This document shows positions 1-13,559 of a stretch of DNA of 64,000 bases, piece by piece. The stretch covers positions 24,856,647 to 24,920,646 of the forward strand of contig NC_081387.1 of NCBI RefSeq assembly GCF_030684315.1, written 5' to 3'. Source of the stretch: Stegostoma tigrinum. Lineage: Eukaryota. How positions within the stretch are numbered: the first letter of the stretch is position 1; every line of letters starts with the position of its first letter. The notes under the pieces are model-generated. The model was not told the DNA's origin and ran no database searches. It worked only from the letters and a program-made list of their open reading frames with translations. The position numbers were made by a program, and so were the translations under genes.

Positions 1-254
1 TTATCGTCTGGAATGTGCGAACGATGGAATTTATCTTCTCACCTAGTGGGTCTTACAGGGAATGGAGCTAAGGATTCAATAAGGTCTCAGATCACCCGTC
101 GTCTCATTCATTGGCTGAAACTGACACAATTGACTGAATGGCTCCCCATCCTCCTGTTCTGAGTTCCTGAACAGCAATGAAACCTGGCCCCAAATATAGG
201 GGAAGGCCTATTTTGCTGTGTTGATAGAATGGAAGGAATTGATAGAATGAATGA

Positions 255-1040
255 TAGAAGCTTGTGACAGAGGAGGCCATTCAGTTCATCATAACATCTT
301 TCTAGAGTTGTCTAGCCTAATCTCACTTTGCAGATGTTGGAAGTTATGGTACCTCAAATGCATACTGAGTGTTGTTTTTCCCAAATGCCTTGGAGGGTTT
401 CTGTATAGACTGCCTCTTCAGCCAGTGATCACCATACCAGCTGCATATAAAAGTACTCCTTAACTGTGCTTTCACCCTTTCAGCCATTTCTGTGATCCTA
501 CTGATCTCTCCGTGAATGAAAACAAATCTCCTCTATGACACTTGGTCTAGGTCGCACATTATTATGTTTGCCTCAAACAAATCTCACCTCTCCCTGGTCT
601 GTTTGAATGGAAATAACATCAATTTACCTCTACTATTCCTCATCACTAACATTTTCCATCTCTGGCAACATCTTGCTAACTCTTCTCTTCCTTCTCTGGA
701 GTGCTTATATCTTTCTTGTACTGACATGACCATAACTGTACGCAATGCTTTAACTGTGGCCTAACTGATGGTTTGTGCAGCTGTAACTGTTCCGTATTCT
801 ATGTTTGAATGGTAAAGGAAATGACCCCAGATGCCTTCCTTATCTAACTACCTTGCTAACTTCAGGAACTTATAGCCATACAGCCCAAGTTCTTTCCATT
901 TGTCTAGTCTTCGAAGAATATGAACTTTATTTTGTTTTTCCATCTTGTATTTGTTTTCTCCAAATGCATTACCTTGCAACTTCTCCAAAGTGAATTCCAT
1001 TTGCCACATTTCAGTTTGGCTAGCCAATCTATAAATATCT
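255..1040 (-). mobile_element. Highly decayed CR1 fragment
   Basis: Antisense CR1-like blocks (CTGGCAACATCTTG, TGTGGCCTAAC, TGAATTCCATTTGCCAC). Confidence 0.55.
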
Positions 1041-1070
1041 TCAGTTTACTAGTTGCTTTCTTCCTTGTGT

Positions 1071-2045
1071 CTAGGAACGTATGAAATAGGAGCAGGAATA
1101 GGCCAACTGGCCCGCCAAAATGGTCCGCCTTCCAATAAGATCATGGCTGATCTTTTCATGGACTCAGCTCCAACTATCCACCCGCTCACCATATTCCTTA
1201 ATTCCTTTACTGTTCAAAAATCTATCTGTCTTTGCCTTCAAAACATTCAGCGAGGTAGCCTCAACTGCTTCACTGGGCGGGGAATTTCACAGATGCACAA
1301 TCTTTTGGGTGAAGAAGTTCCTCCTCAACTCAGTCCCAAATTTGCTTGCCTTGTTTTGAGGTTATGCCCCTTGGTTCTATTTTCACCCAACAGTGGAAAC
1401 AACTAACCTGCTTCTGCCTTGTCTATTCCATCTTCTATAAGATCCCCCTCCTCATTCTTCTAAATTCCAGTGAGTATCGTCTCAGTCTACTCAATCTCTC
1501 CTCGTAAGCCAACCCTCTCAATTCTGGGATCAACCTAGTGAGCCCCCTCTGCACCTCCTCCAGTACCAGGACATCTTTTCTCAAGTAAGGAGATCAAAAC
1601 TGTATACAGTACTCCAGCTGTGGCCTACTAACACCTGATTTACCTACGGCATAACCTCCCTGTTTTTAAACTTTATTCCTCTATTAATGAACGACGATAT
1701 CCATTTTGCCTTCTTAATTATCTGCTGCACTTGTAAACCAACATTTTGTGATTCATGCACAAGGACACCCTGATTCCTCTGCACAGCGGCATGCTGCGGC
1801 TTTTCACCATTTAAACAATAGTCTGTTTTGCTCTTATTCCTACCAAAATGGATGACCTCACATTCACCAATGTTGTACTCCCTCTGCCAGACCCTTGCGC
1901 TCACTTAACCTATCCATGTCCCTCTGCAGACTTTCAGTGCCCTCTGCACACTTTATTCTACCACTCATTTTAGCGTCATTTGTGAACTTTGACACACTAC
2001 AGTTGGTTCCCAACTCTAAATCATCTGTGTTAATGGTAAACATTG
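1071..2045 (-). mobile_element. CR1 LINE 3' fragment
   Basis: Minus-strand ORF 1644-1904 WQ.EYN..ECEVIHFGR...RGIKFK matches the CR1 RT C-terminal region. Confidence 0.85.
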
Positions 2046-3204
2046 CAGTCCCTCATTACTGTATCATCTTCAAACCTCTTAGACAGGGTACCTTTGAATT
2101 TAAATCTCATCCATTGACAAAATAGGCCAACTGGCCTACTTCCACACTGTAGGGTTTCTACAAATCTGTTCATTTCTTTACTTCTAATGCCACTAAGCAC
2201 CTTAACATTTTCTCCCTGTCAACAAGAGAGTAGGTGACGGTAGAGGGGTGAGGGGAGGCATAAACAGTGCTTGGGCCAAATGGCCTTATTTTTGCATTGC
2301 TTGGTGCATGTAACAATTCTAACTATTACTGCTGAGCTCACAGCAACAACCAAAAATAGTATCCAGTATAGAGGTGGGGTGATTTAACAAACAACTTCCT
2401 CTGTTTGCTCTTGAAACACACATCAAGAACTGCTTAACATAAAAACAAAGGAATTCACAATTCAGGGGATTTAGATGAGATAATATCCTGTGTCGTCTCA
2501 GCCAATAGAGCAAACAGACTTTCAACATTCCTCCCTGTGTGTTTCAGCATCACAAAAAAATGCCTCAGTCATTTGATAGAGAGTGAGATCATTTTTAAAT
2601 GGTTCCACGGGATTTCCCATCTGGAGAGCTGCACATCCCAAGCACTTCCTCCTCCCTCTTCTTCCTCCCACATTCCTGTTGCTATTGAAGCAGTCGTGTC
2701 AATATAATTTGCTGAATTGTTTGCACGAAATTGCATCAACACCCTTGGTTAATTGAATGCTACCTGGCCCAATGAGGAGGCAAAGTTAGTCAGGAGGGAT
2801 GCAGTAGGCCAGGAGACTGGACTCGAATCTCACCTGTTCCTGAGGTGTGTCATAAAAGCTTTGAATAGTCTCTTTTTAGGAAAAATATGTTTAAAAAGCT
2901 CACCACACGTTGAATCAAATTCAGAAGAGTCGGTCACTTGTTGATCTGGAGTCCAGTAAAATGTCTCAAGGTGTGTCACGAGAACATTAGTGAGATATGA
3001 GGCCCAAGTGTTAAAATTCTTGCTCAAAAGAGACAGATCTTAAGGTTTTGAGGATCACTTGATTGCAGGAGTGAGCCAGAGAGAAAGAGGAGTGGTTTAG
3101 CCTGGAAATTCCAGAGTGTAGGGCCTTGGCAACTAAAGGCCTGACAGCTTATGGTGGAGAAATGAAATCAAGCGAACAAATCATAAAGCAAAGTTAGGAG
3201 ACAA

Positions 3205-3421
3205 AGAAGTAAAGAAACCTACAGCACAGGAACAGGCCCTTCGGCCCTCCAAGCCTGCGCCGATCAAGATCCTCTGTCTAACCTGTCATCTATTTTCTAA
3301 CGGTCTCTGTCCATTTGCTCCCTGCCCATCCATGTACCTGTCCAAATATATCTTAAAAGAAGCTAATGTGTCTGCGTCTACCACCTCTGCTGGCAACGCA
3401 TTCCAGGTGCCCACCACCCTC
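3205..3421 (-). mobile_element. CR1 3' terminal fragment
   Basis: TACAGCACAGGAACAGGCCCTTCGGCCC is the antisense of the CR1 tail; GGCAACGCATTCCA is antisense of the WNALP codons. Confidence 0.75.
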
Positions 3422-4631
3422 ATATCTCAGACAATGCCAGGACTGAAGGAGATGACTGAGACTGGGGTTGGGGCATTTCTGTTTGTGTAAGGCAATAGAT
3501 GGGATTTGAACAATCGTTAATAACGCCATGAGAAAGAGGAAGAGAAGGTCATTCAGTCCCTTGAGCCTTCTCTGCCAGTCAGTAGGTTCATGGCTGATCT
3601 AGTAGTGACCTTTGTTCTGTTTTCCTGTCTTTCACAACCTTGGATCCTGAATTGATCAAAAGACTACTTAACCCATCCTTCAATATATAACCCAGGATTC
3701 TTTCTGAGGAGCACCAACAGGCCTCATCTGCATCTGAATGGGAGACAATTAGTTTTGAATGATGCCCACCAGTTCTAGTTTCTCCACTGAATCATAGAAC
3801 CTGTGCAGTATGGAAGTAGGCCATTCAGACCATCAGATTTACATCGACCCACTGAAGAGCATCCCACCAAAACCCACCCTCTAACCTAACCTTGCATTTC
3901 CCATGGCTAATCCACCATGCCTGCATATCCCTGGGCACTGTGGGCAATTTGGCGTGGCCAATCCACCTAACCGGCACGTCTACCTCCATGAGCAGTAATA
4001 TTTTCCCAGAACATTTTATTTCAAAAATATACCTTATTCATAAAAAGGAGCTTTATGTATATACATAGTCACGAATGCAGTTGAGTTCTGTGTCGTAGCA
4101 TATCCATGAAACAAGGAAATAATGGAGTTTGATTCTATCCAACAAATCAAAGACCTCTCTTGCATATGTGTCTGCACCAAACTTCAAATTAAATCTATTT
4201 TTCTGTAACGTCTCGATTAAAGCCTAGCCTGTAATGCACACCTGAGTGTCTGTTACTGTATGCATAAATCATGTGAACACCTTTCTTAAGTTCTGACATG
4301 TACATTGTTCTGAAGAATGTGCCATTCTATATTTAGGTCAACAGAACTGCTCGATTAGGTTCCAGTCTGTAATGGACTCCCAGATCTCCATTATTCTATT
4401 TTTTTTATAAACCACCTACACTCTCAATTACCATTTCTTATGCAATCAGCTTCCAGGTGTATGTTATTCTGCACAGAAATCATCTGAATTTCTTAATGAA
4501 ATCTTCACCTGAAACTCAATCCTTGATCTTTTGCATACAAAACCTGTTGCAACACCCTGTTAAGATGTGTCGTGATAATTGCTCTTGACTATCTTGTTTT
4601 CCAAAGGTAAGCAGACTAAACTACTAACACT

Positions 4632-4816
4632 ATAACAAAGTGTGAATGAAGCTGGATGAACACAGCAGGCCAAGCAGCATCTCAGGAGCACAAAAGCTGA
4701 CGTTTCGGGCCTAGACCCTTCATCAGAGAGGCTGCTGCTTGGCCTGCTGTGTTCATCCAGCTCCACGCTTTATTATCTTGGATTCTCCAACATCTGCAGT
4801 TTCCAATATCACTAAC
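4632..4816. mobile_element. PLE pLTR fragments in inverted arrangement; hammerhead core on the minus strand
   Basis: GCTGACGTTTCGGGCCTAGACCCTTCATCAG at ~4696-4726. TSD CTACTAACACT at 4621-4631 and 4817-4827. Confidence 0.8.
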
Positions 4817-4845
4817 CTACTAACACTCCTATTGTCGGTGTTGCA

Positions 4846-5480
4846 ATTTGGTACACTTGGTTTCATTGGTCAGTGCATTGAGTATAGGAGTTGGGAGATT
4901 ATGTTGTGGCTGTATAGGACATTGGTTAGGTTACTTTTGGAATACAGCATTCAATTCTGGTCTCCTACTATAGGAAAGATTTTGTTAAATTTGAAAGGGT
5001 TCAGAAAAAGCTTACAAGGTGGTGCCACAGTTGGAAGGTTTGAGCTCTAGGGAGAGGCTGAATAGGCTGGGGCTATTTTCCTTTGAGTATTTGAGGTTGA
5101 GGGGTGACCGCATGGAAATTTATACAGTCACGAGGTGCATGGATAAGGTGAATAGTAAAGGTCTTTATTAGGAGTAGGGGAGTTAAAAACTAGAGGGCAT
5201 AGATTGAAAGTGAGAAGAGAAAGACTTAAAAGGGATCTGAGGGGTAACTTTTTCACACAGAGGATGGTGCGTGTATGGAATGAACTGCCAGAAGAAGTGG
5301 TGGAGTCTGGTATAATTACAACATTTAAAAAGCATCTGGATGAGTATTTACCTATGAAGGGTTTAGAGGGGTACGGGCCAAACGCTGGCAAATGCGGCTC
5401 GGTTTATTTTGGATATCTGGTCAGGATGGACAAGTTGGACCAAAGGGTTGGTTTCCTGCTGTACATCTCTATGATTCTAT
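4846..5480 (+). mobile_element. CR1 3' fragment
   Basis: Peptides IEYRSWEIML.LYRTLVR..LEY..QFWSP and GNFFTQRMVRVWNELP. Confidence 0.85.
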
Positions 5481-5569
5481 AACTCATTGTCACTTTTAAC
5501 AGGGAATACATTAAAAAACAAACCAATTCCGATTCGTTAAGAGCATGTGGAATTTTACTGGTGCCTTCC

Positions 5570-5870
5570 ATCCTATTGCATTGATTCCCCCTTGTCCTGG
5601 CCGTCCTCCCCACACTGACCTATCCCCTTCCTACCTCCCCACCCGTACTCTCCTCTCCACCTATCTTCTCCTCTATCCATCTTCGGTCCGCCTCCGCCTC
5701 TCTCCCTGTTTATTTCAGAATCCTCTCCCATCCCTGTTTTCTGATGAAGGGTCTAAGTCCGAAACATCAGCTTTTGTGCCCCTGAGATGCTGCTTGGCCT
5801 GCTGTGTTCATCCAGCTACACACTTTGTTATCTTGGATTGTCCAGCATCTGCAGTTCCCATTCTCTCTGA
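5570..5870 (+). mobile_element. PLE 3' fragment with degenerate hammerhead
   Basis: C-rich tract, then CTGATGAAGGGTCTAAGTCCGAAACATC at 5741-5768 and the pLTR tail. Confidence 0.8.
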
Positions 5871-6574
5871 CCACCTGCCTGGTCCTGGCCCATATCCCTC
5901 CAAACCTTTCCTATCTATCCAAATGTTTTTTAAATGTTGTAATTGTACCCGAATCCACAACTTCCACAGAAAGTTCATTCCATGTCATGTAATTTCCGTA
6001 TCTAGTGACCAGATTTGCATAATGAAACCTCAATACTTTCTCCAAATTATTGATACTTTGCATTGTAAGGTTAATGGAAAACCCAATGTGGCTTGTGTTT
6101 CCTAGATTTCTCTGTTAAGGTACAAACAACAAATACTTTGTTAGAGTGAGAACCAGCTCCAAGAAGGAAAAACAATTTGTGACATGAACTACATTTTGCA
6201 TTTAGCAGGATCTGCCATTTGGATTTCCCAGTTCAGCGTCACTTCTGCTGACTCACTGACTCCGGGGATTTGTTAATATTTCCTTGTTGATCAGTCTAAT
6301 TTGTTCAGTCCCACCTCAATTTATGTATCGAGCACTGCATTTATTGAGAGGTCTCATGAGGTCATTGTTTCCTGTGTTAACACTGGGAAAATTTTTAGAT
6401 TAAGTTGAATATATGACACTAGAAAGAAAGTTATTAAGTGCTTCATCTATGCTTGAGACTCCCCCCATCTTCCCTCACTCCAGTTTTGTCACCAACTATG
6501 CTCCCCTCTCTGAAATTTGCTTCTAGATTCCCTTTAAAAAACGATAATATTTGCTTCACCCCTTCCCCGTGTGT

Positions 6575-7275
6575 ATTGTTGAATGCTGCAATTACAGGAC
6601 AGGAGCGGGCCCTTACGGCTACAATATTGTGCCGAACATGGTGCCATTGATCAATATCACCCCATTCCTTGCATATTCATGTACTTATCTAAGAGTCCCT
6701 TCAACACAGCTATCATATCCACTCCTACCTCCACCACCACCCCTGACAATGCTTCCCAGACTCCTGCCTCTCCCTGTGTAAAAGTCTCCTTTGAACTTCC
6801 CCCCTCCTATCTTAAATGCATGCGCCCTAGTAGTAGATATTTCAACCCTTGGAGAAAGATTCCTATCTATACATCCCACAATTTTATATGGACTTCTATC
6901 AAGTCTCCCCTCAGCCTTTGCTAGAGAAAATAACCTGTATTTTTCTAGCCTCTCCCCATAGCTCATACCTTCCAATCCACGCAGCATCCTGGTAACCCTC
7001 TTCTGTACCCTCTCCAAAGCCTCCACATCATTTCTTTATTGTGGTGATCAGAACAGAACACAATACTCAAAAGTGTGGCCTAACCAAAGTCTTATAAATC
7101 TGCAACATTACATCCTGACTCTTGTACTCAATTCCCCACCCAACAAATGCAAGCATGCTGCATGATTTCTTTTTCACCCTATCTAATTGTGTTGCCACTT
7201 TCAGGGAGTTATGGACTTGAACTCCAACATCCTTCTGCCTGCCAGTGCTGTTCAGGGTCCTGCCATTAACTGTAT
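6575..7275 (-). mobile_element. CR1 3' fragment
   Basis: Minus-strand ORF EALERVQKRVTRML.GLEGMSYGERL. Confidence 0.85.
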
Positions 7276-7719
7276 AGTTTCAAGTATTGACTTAAGTGAC
7301 AAATTTCTTTCTACAGCTCTGTATCTGTCAACCTCTATCCCTTCACGTTTGACTAAAAACATCAGATTTGTTTTGGAAATCTTTTGATTCTGAACATGCC
7401 GTTTGTTCATGAGACAATGGATTTAGCAATTTCTCCACTTCCATCGTACAGAAAGTTCTGTGAACTTGCTACTCTAATGTTACAGAATACAACTGAATGC
7501 ATAGAATTCTGTTCTTTATTTATTCCTTCATGGGATGTAGGTGTTACTGATAAGTGCAACATACATTGCTCAATCCTATTGTCTTTGGCTTGACTTGTTT
7601 GGCCATTTTGGAAGGCAGTACTTTTGGATTGGTAGTCACATGTATGTTCGCCTAGGTAAGGATGATATATTTCTTTCCTTAAACTAAGGAAATTAGAGAG
7701 CTAAGTGGGTTTTGACAGC

Positions 7720-8252
7720 TTATAGAGTACTGTGTGCAGTTCTGGCCACCCTGTTGCAGAAAGGAGGTTTTCAGCTGAAGAGGGTTTAGAGAAGAATTAC
7801 CAATATGTTGCCAGGAATGGAAGGTTTGAGTTATAAGGAGAGGCTGGGACTGGAGTGTAAAATGTTGAGGGGGTGACCTTATAGAACTTTATAAAATCAT
7901 GAGGGATTCAGACAAGGTGAATGGCAGGTGTCTTTTTCCTGGAGCTGCGGACTTCAAGACAATGGGCTTAATTTTAAGGTGAGAGAAGAAAGATTTTAAA
8001 AAGACACGAGGGGCAATTTTTTTAGACAGATGATGGTTTATATGTGGAATGAACTTGCAGAGGAAGTAGCAGATGCAGGCACAGTTGCAACGATAAAAAG
8101 ACATTTGGATAAGTATTTGAAGAAGAGGTGTTTGGAAGGATATGGAATAAGTTGCAGGCAGGTGGGACTAGTGTAATTTCGGATTATGGTGAGCATGGAC
8201 AGGTTGGATCGGAGGGTCTGTGTCCATGCTGTATGACTCCATGACTCTATGA
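7720..8252 (+). mobile_element. CR1 3' fragment
   Basis: EYCVQFW.P codons at the start and a (ATGACTC) tail. Confidence 0.8.
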
Positions 8253-9338
8253 GTGGTGTATTAACCAGGATTGTTGCTCATCATCACCCTCCTTATTACA
8301 GAGGAAGGGTCATGAAACGTTAACTCTGATTTCTTTCTCTTCACAGATGCTGCCAGACCCTGCTGAGCTTTTCCAGCGACTTCTGTTTTCGCTCCTCATC
8401 ACTAACACTCGCTTCATTACTGTGTAGCCACCTATCCCTCACCAGCTCAAAACTAGATGCTGAGAATCCCCGACATGATAGTCAGAGCAGATACCTCATA
8501 CAGAGCTCAATCAGGATCAGTGGTCTTGGGAGATGGAGCAGGGGATCGCGGGTGAGGAGGGATATTTGCAGGCAATCGTGAGACTGGTTGAGGAAGTGAT
8601 TTGGAGGGAGGTATGTGAGGGAGAGTGCGAGTGAAGTAGCGGAGAGGACCGTGTGGCACCTTCCCTGGATGAATGGAGAAAGACTTGGACCTTCTTCCTG
8701 TTCCGCTAGGTTGTTCATTCAGAGGGCTCAGACTACCCTGACCCAGGCTACAACCTCAAACCAGGCTGACAAGTTCTGGGGTGCTGGCTTACTCAACTGG
8801 CCCTGGGGGAAAGGGGACGCCTCTACTCTGTGCCATCCAGTCCTGCGAGGCAGGGTGCCAATTTCTCTTTGTCTGCCATGTCTGGGGAAGAGGGCACAAA
8901 CCGTGCAGGACAAATCCACACTGCCAACGCTGGGAACAGCCTTTTAAAGGAGGCCGCAGTGCCAGGGATCCCAAAGGTGGCGAGTACTTCCATCTTGGGG
9001 AGAAGCAGACTTTAGCATAGAGCAACCGGCTCACCACATGGGGTGATACAGCTTGAACATGGTGAGTTTGGAACAATAATGTGAAAAGGTCCACTCAGCC
9101 TCAGGGACAGAAGCCCCCTCACAAAATGGGATGAGAGTGACACTTTACCAATTTCTGTTAAGCTCAAGTCTGAAATCTATCACCCAGTCTCACATGTAAT
9201 TCGAGATTTTATTGAATTGAATTGAATCATTTACTTTCATGCGTATTCAATGTAAAAACACAGTGAAAAGTATGTATCTTGGTATTTGAATGTAAATTCC
9301 ACCAGCAGAGGATTCAAACCCACATCTCCAAAACTGGG

Positions 9339-9472
9339 ATCCAAGATAATGGGAACTGAAGATGCTGGAGAATCCAAGATAACAAAGTGTGGGGCTGGAT
9401 GAACACAGCAGGCCAAGCAGCATCTTAGGAGCACAAAAGCTGATGTTTCGGGCCTAGACGGACACTTTGTTA
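9339..9472 (-). mobile_element. Short PLE pLTR fragment
   Basis: Same tail family, truncated within the hammerhead. TSD TCCAAAACTGGG at 9327-9338 and 9473-9484. Confidence 0.8.
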
Positions 9473-9754
9473 TCCAAAACTGGGCCTGGGACTTGAAATC
9501 CAGTGAGCACTTTGCGGCTATATGCCTCAATTACGTTTTTATTTTCCCCTTTGTACAGAGAGTACAAGATGATAATTCTCTCCTTTATTTCAATTCCTAT
9601 AGGAGCCTGGTTATTCCCTGACCCTTCACGTGCAGAAATTTCCAGTGTACATTGGCACCAATCCCACCATTGTTTCTGTGCTTTCAGCAATTTGCCCACA
9701 GTCTGCAGCTCCCCTGAAGCTGTGATCCTACCTGCTGTTGCTTCACCTTCTGGT

Positions 9755-10325
9755 TTCATGTTGCAGCTGTACAAAATTCTGGTGTGTCCGCAGTTAGAGT
9801 ATTGTGTACAGTTCTGCTCGCTGCATTATAGGAAGGATGTGGAAGCATTGGAAAGGGTGCAGAGGAGACTTACCAGGATGTTGCCTGGTATGGAACGAAG
9901 GTCTAATGAGGAAAGGCTGAAGGACTTGAGGCTGTTTTGGTTACAGAGAAGACTGTTAAGACGTGACCTAATAGAGATACACAAGATGATTAGAGGATTA
10001 GATAGGGTGGACAGTGAGAGCCTTTTTCCTCAGATGGAGATGGCTAGCACAAGGGGACATAGCTTTAAATTGAGGGGTGATAGATATAGGGCAGATGTCA
10101 GAGGTAGGTTCTTTACTCAGAGAGTAGTAAGGGCATGGAATGCCCTGCCTGCAACAGTACTAGACTTCCAAGTTTAAGGGCATTTAAATGGTCATTGGAT
10201 AAACAAATGGATAATAATGGAATTATGTAGGTTAGATGGGCTTCAGTTTGGTTTCACAGATCGGAGCAACATCGAGGGCCGAAGGGCCTGTACTGCGCTG
10301 TAGTGTTCTATGTTCTATGTTTCTA
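9755..10325 (+). mobile_element. CR1 3' fragment
   Basis: MLQLYK.LV.PQLEYCVQF...RFFTQRVVRAWNALP; (TTCTATG) tail. Confidence 0.88.
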
Positions 10326-10564
10326 CTTATAACTGTTTCCCATTTAACCTGAAGCTTCCTCATCACAGAGTTTTCTGTGTTTCCCTGGGTATGATTGGTT
10401 CTTTAGTCATGCAGCATACCTGCCCGGTTCAGCTGCTATGTCGACTGATTTTTAAGTGCACAGCCTCCAGAATGTGACCAGGTAGGATCACGCCTCCATT
10501 CTCACAGCCTGAAGGTCACAGGCTAACACCTGTGCTCCACCGCAAACACTAAGATGAATAGCCA

Positions 10565-10872
10565 AGTATTTTTTCCCCAGCGTAGGGGAGTCTAAACCTA
10601 GAGGGCATAGGTTTAAGGTGAGAGGAGAAAAATTTAAAAGGGACCTAAGGAGTAAGCTTTTCAGGCAGACGGTGGTGTGTATATGAATGAGCGGCCAGAG
10701 GAATTGTTAATTTACAACATTTAAAAGGAATCTGGGTTGGTACATGAATAGGAAGGATTTAGAGGGATGTGCGCCAAATGCTGGTAAGTGGGACTGGATT
10801 AATTTAGGATATCTGGTCAGTGTGAACAAAGTGGACCGAGGGGTCTGTTTCTCTGCTGTACACCTCTATGAC
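10565..10872 (+). mobile_element. CR1 3' fragment
   Basis: Homologous to 5160-5480. Confidence 0.75.
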
Positions 10873-11009
10873 TGGAAGGATCTATGCCTGAGTGTTGAGT
10901 CTGGGCTGACAATGGAGTGCTGCACCATCCAATGTGTAGTCATCTTCTGTAGCGCATCCTCAAACTCACTTTCATCCAAGCCAGTTTGGCCAATTAGGAG
11001 GCAATAACC

Positions 11010-11355
11010 TAGCGGTATTCTTGCTACACTACTAATCCAGACACCAAAATAATGTTCTGCAGACCCAGATTGTTACCTGCTGTGAAAGATGATGGATTTT
11101 AAATCCATAATTAACAAAATCTGGAATTAAAAGTCTAATGGTGTCCATGAAACTACTGATTATTGGAGGATTCCATCTGGTTCACTGATGTCCTTTCAGG
11201 AAGGAAACTGCTGTCCTCATCTGGACTGGTCTACATGTGACTCCAGACCCACAACAATGAGATTGACTCTTAGCTGCCCTCTGGATATTTAGGGATGGGC
11301 AGTGAACAATGACCGAGCCTCTGGCACCTATGGACCATAAATGCATGTATAAAAA
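11010..11355 (+). mobile_element. Decayed shark SINE (probably DeuSINE/SacSINE1-like)
   Basis: Core CCATCTGGTTCACTGATGTCCTTT..GGAAGGAAA..CTACATGTGACTCCAGACCCAC. Its 3' tail TAGGGATGGGCA is shared with the LINEs at 11720 and 16340. Family name from recall, not searched. Confidence 0.55.
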
Positions 11356-11719
11356 AATGTGGATATGCTTTAACACACACTAAGTGAGTTATACTATTGT
11401 CAGTAAAATTGTGTACTTGAACGGATGGGAAGGGAGCCAGAACTCTTTGCCACCAGCACACAACATTGGGTATCTCCTCCCTGTTTGCTAGGGGCTCTCT
11501 TGCTGTGTCAGGGAACCTGAGATGACAGCATTAACCGCCTAAGCTGACAGGGCCGGAGCACCTTACCCTGGCAACAATTGTATAAATAACTGATATTGTT
11601 TATTCAAGCGATACAATCCTGGGTGGGATACTCTACAGGGGGCAGGGGTCAGGGGTCAGTGCAGACGTGATGCACTGAACGGCCTCCTTCCATACTGTAG
11701 GGATTCTATGATTCCTTAA

Positions 11720-13290
11720 TGATGGAGAAGTCCAATTCATCGGTATAAAAGAAGAGGCTGAAGCATTCTCAAACCGCTAGAAGCACTGAGTAAAGGATCC
11801 ATTTTGGCCTCCTCTGCTGGACAGATACCAGTCTTCGGCCAATTCAATTCATTCCATATGATCCCAAAAACCTGACTGAAGGCAACAGATACTGCAAATT
11901 CTGTGGGTCCCAACAATATCCAAACATTAACACTGAAGATAAGTGCACCAGAGCTAGCCACATTCCTCAGCAAACAGTCCCAGTACAGAAACAAAATTGA
12001 CATCTACTGAGCAATGTGGAAAATAGTCCACAAATAAAGGGCAAATCTAATCTGCTCAATTACTGGCCCATCAGTAAACTGCTGGAAGATGTTGGATGGT
12101 GCTATCAAGTAGCTGATACTCAACACTTGTCTGCTCACAGACACTTAATTTGGATCCTGCCAAGAAGGATCAGATCCTGACCTCAATACAGCCTAATTTC
12201 AAACATAGACAAAAGAGATGAATTCTAGAGGTGCAGTAAGAGTGCAAGGAGGCCTAGAAAAACTGGATTCAATGTGAATCAAGTAGTAAGATCTCTGCTA
12301 GTTAAAGTGATACCCAGGAAGTTAGTTGGAGATGAGTAATTTCAGGTCCAGGACATCTCTGCAGGAGTTCCTCAGAGTAGTGTCCTAGGCCCAACCATCT
12401 TCAGCAATGACCTTTCCTCCATCGTAAGGTCAACAGTGGTTATTTTTAAAGATGTTCAGTACCATTTACAACTCTTCAAATGCTCAAGTAGTTCACATCA
12501 GCATTCAACAAGATCTGGGTGATACTTTGATGTGAGCTGGTAAATGATGTGTAACATTTCTGCTATCTGAATTAATTACTTCCAATAGGAGAGAATATTA
12601 ATATCTCCCTTTGACATTATGTGGTATTACCATCACTGAATCCTGCGTAATAAACATTCTTGGATTACAATTGACCAGAACCTAAACTGGACTAGCCATA
12701 AAAATATTGTGGCTATAGGACCGAGCCAGCAGATTGGAATTCTGTGGCAAATGAGTCATATTCTGACTCCCCAAATGCTATCTAGTATCTACAAAGCGCA
12801 AGCCAGGAGCCTGATGAAATACTATCCACTTGCCTGGATAAGCTCAACAGCATCAAGAAGGTCTACACTATTTAGAACAAGTTAGTGCCCATCCATCATC
12901 TTCAACATTGTCCACTACTGACTCAAAGAGGCAGAAATGTCTATCATTTATAAGGTGCACAGCCATATCTCAATAAGCCTTCTTTAACAGCACATTCCAA
13001 ATCTTCAACCTCTACCATCTAGAAGGAGAAGGAGAGCACATGCAGAGGAACACGTTCACCTCCAAGTCCCTCACTATCCTGACTTGGAACTATATAGCTG
13101 TCCCTTTACTGTCATTGGATCAAAATCCCAAAGATCCCTCCGTAAGGACTTTGTGGGTATATATACAACACTTGGAGTGCAGCTGTTCAAGAAGGCAGCT
13201 CACCATCACCTTCTTGAGGGCCATTAGGAGTAGGCAATAAATGCTGGGCCCAGCCAGCAAAGCTCACATCCTTGTTAACAATGAAAAGAA
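11720..13290 (+). mobile_element. Decayed LINE (CR1/L2 group) RT and 3' end
   Basis: GGAGTTCCTCAG..TAGTGTCCTAGGCCCAACCATCTTC (GVPQ.SVLGP) at ~12364; 3' tail GGCAATAAATGCTGGGCCCAGCCAGC. Confidence 0.75.
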
Positions 13291-13559
13291 ATGGAGAACA
13301 ATTTAAGGCAAAGGTTAAGGAATTAACTGTTTCACTTTTGAATGGGATGGTGGAGTCAGTCAGATCAGTTCAGAGCTGGGAAAACCCAGTTTACTCAGAG
13401 AAAAGCAGCCTCAGAAACTGGAATTTTTCTTCAATAACTCCTGCGTGATGTGGTCACACAGTAACGCTCACTTCCTTGGTACCAAGTAATCAACAGCATG
13501 AGGATCAAGCTTAGCACCTTCTCAGGTCGACTGTAAGCGTTTCTTAACATGAACATCTA

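Noticed and set aside
3102-3114. Palindromic kB-like CTGGAAATTCCAG
   Set aside because: Appears to lie in a decayed LINE fragment and has no supporting motif cluster.
8482-9110. GC-richer block with overlapping ORFs on both strands
   Set aside because: No recognisable domain or exon structure; probably an unidentified repeat remnant.
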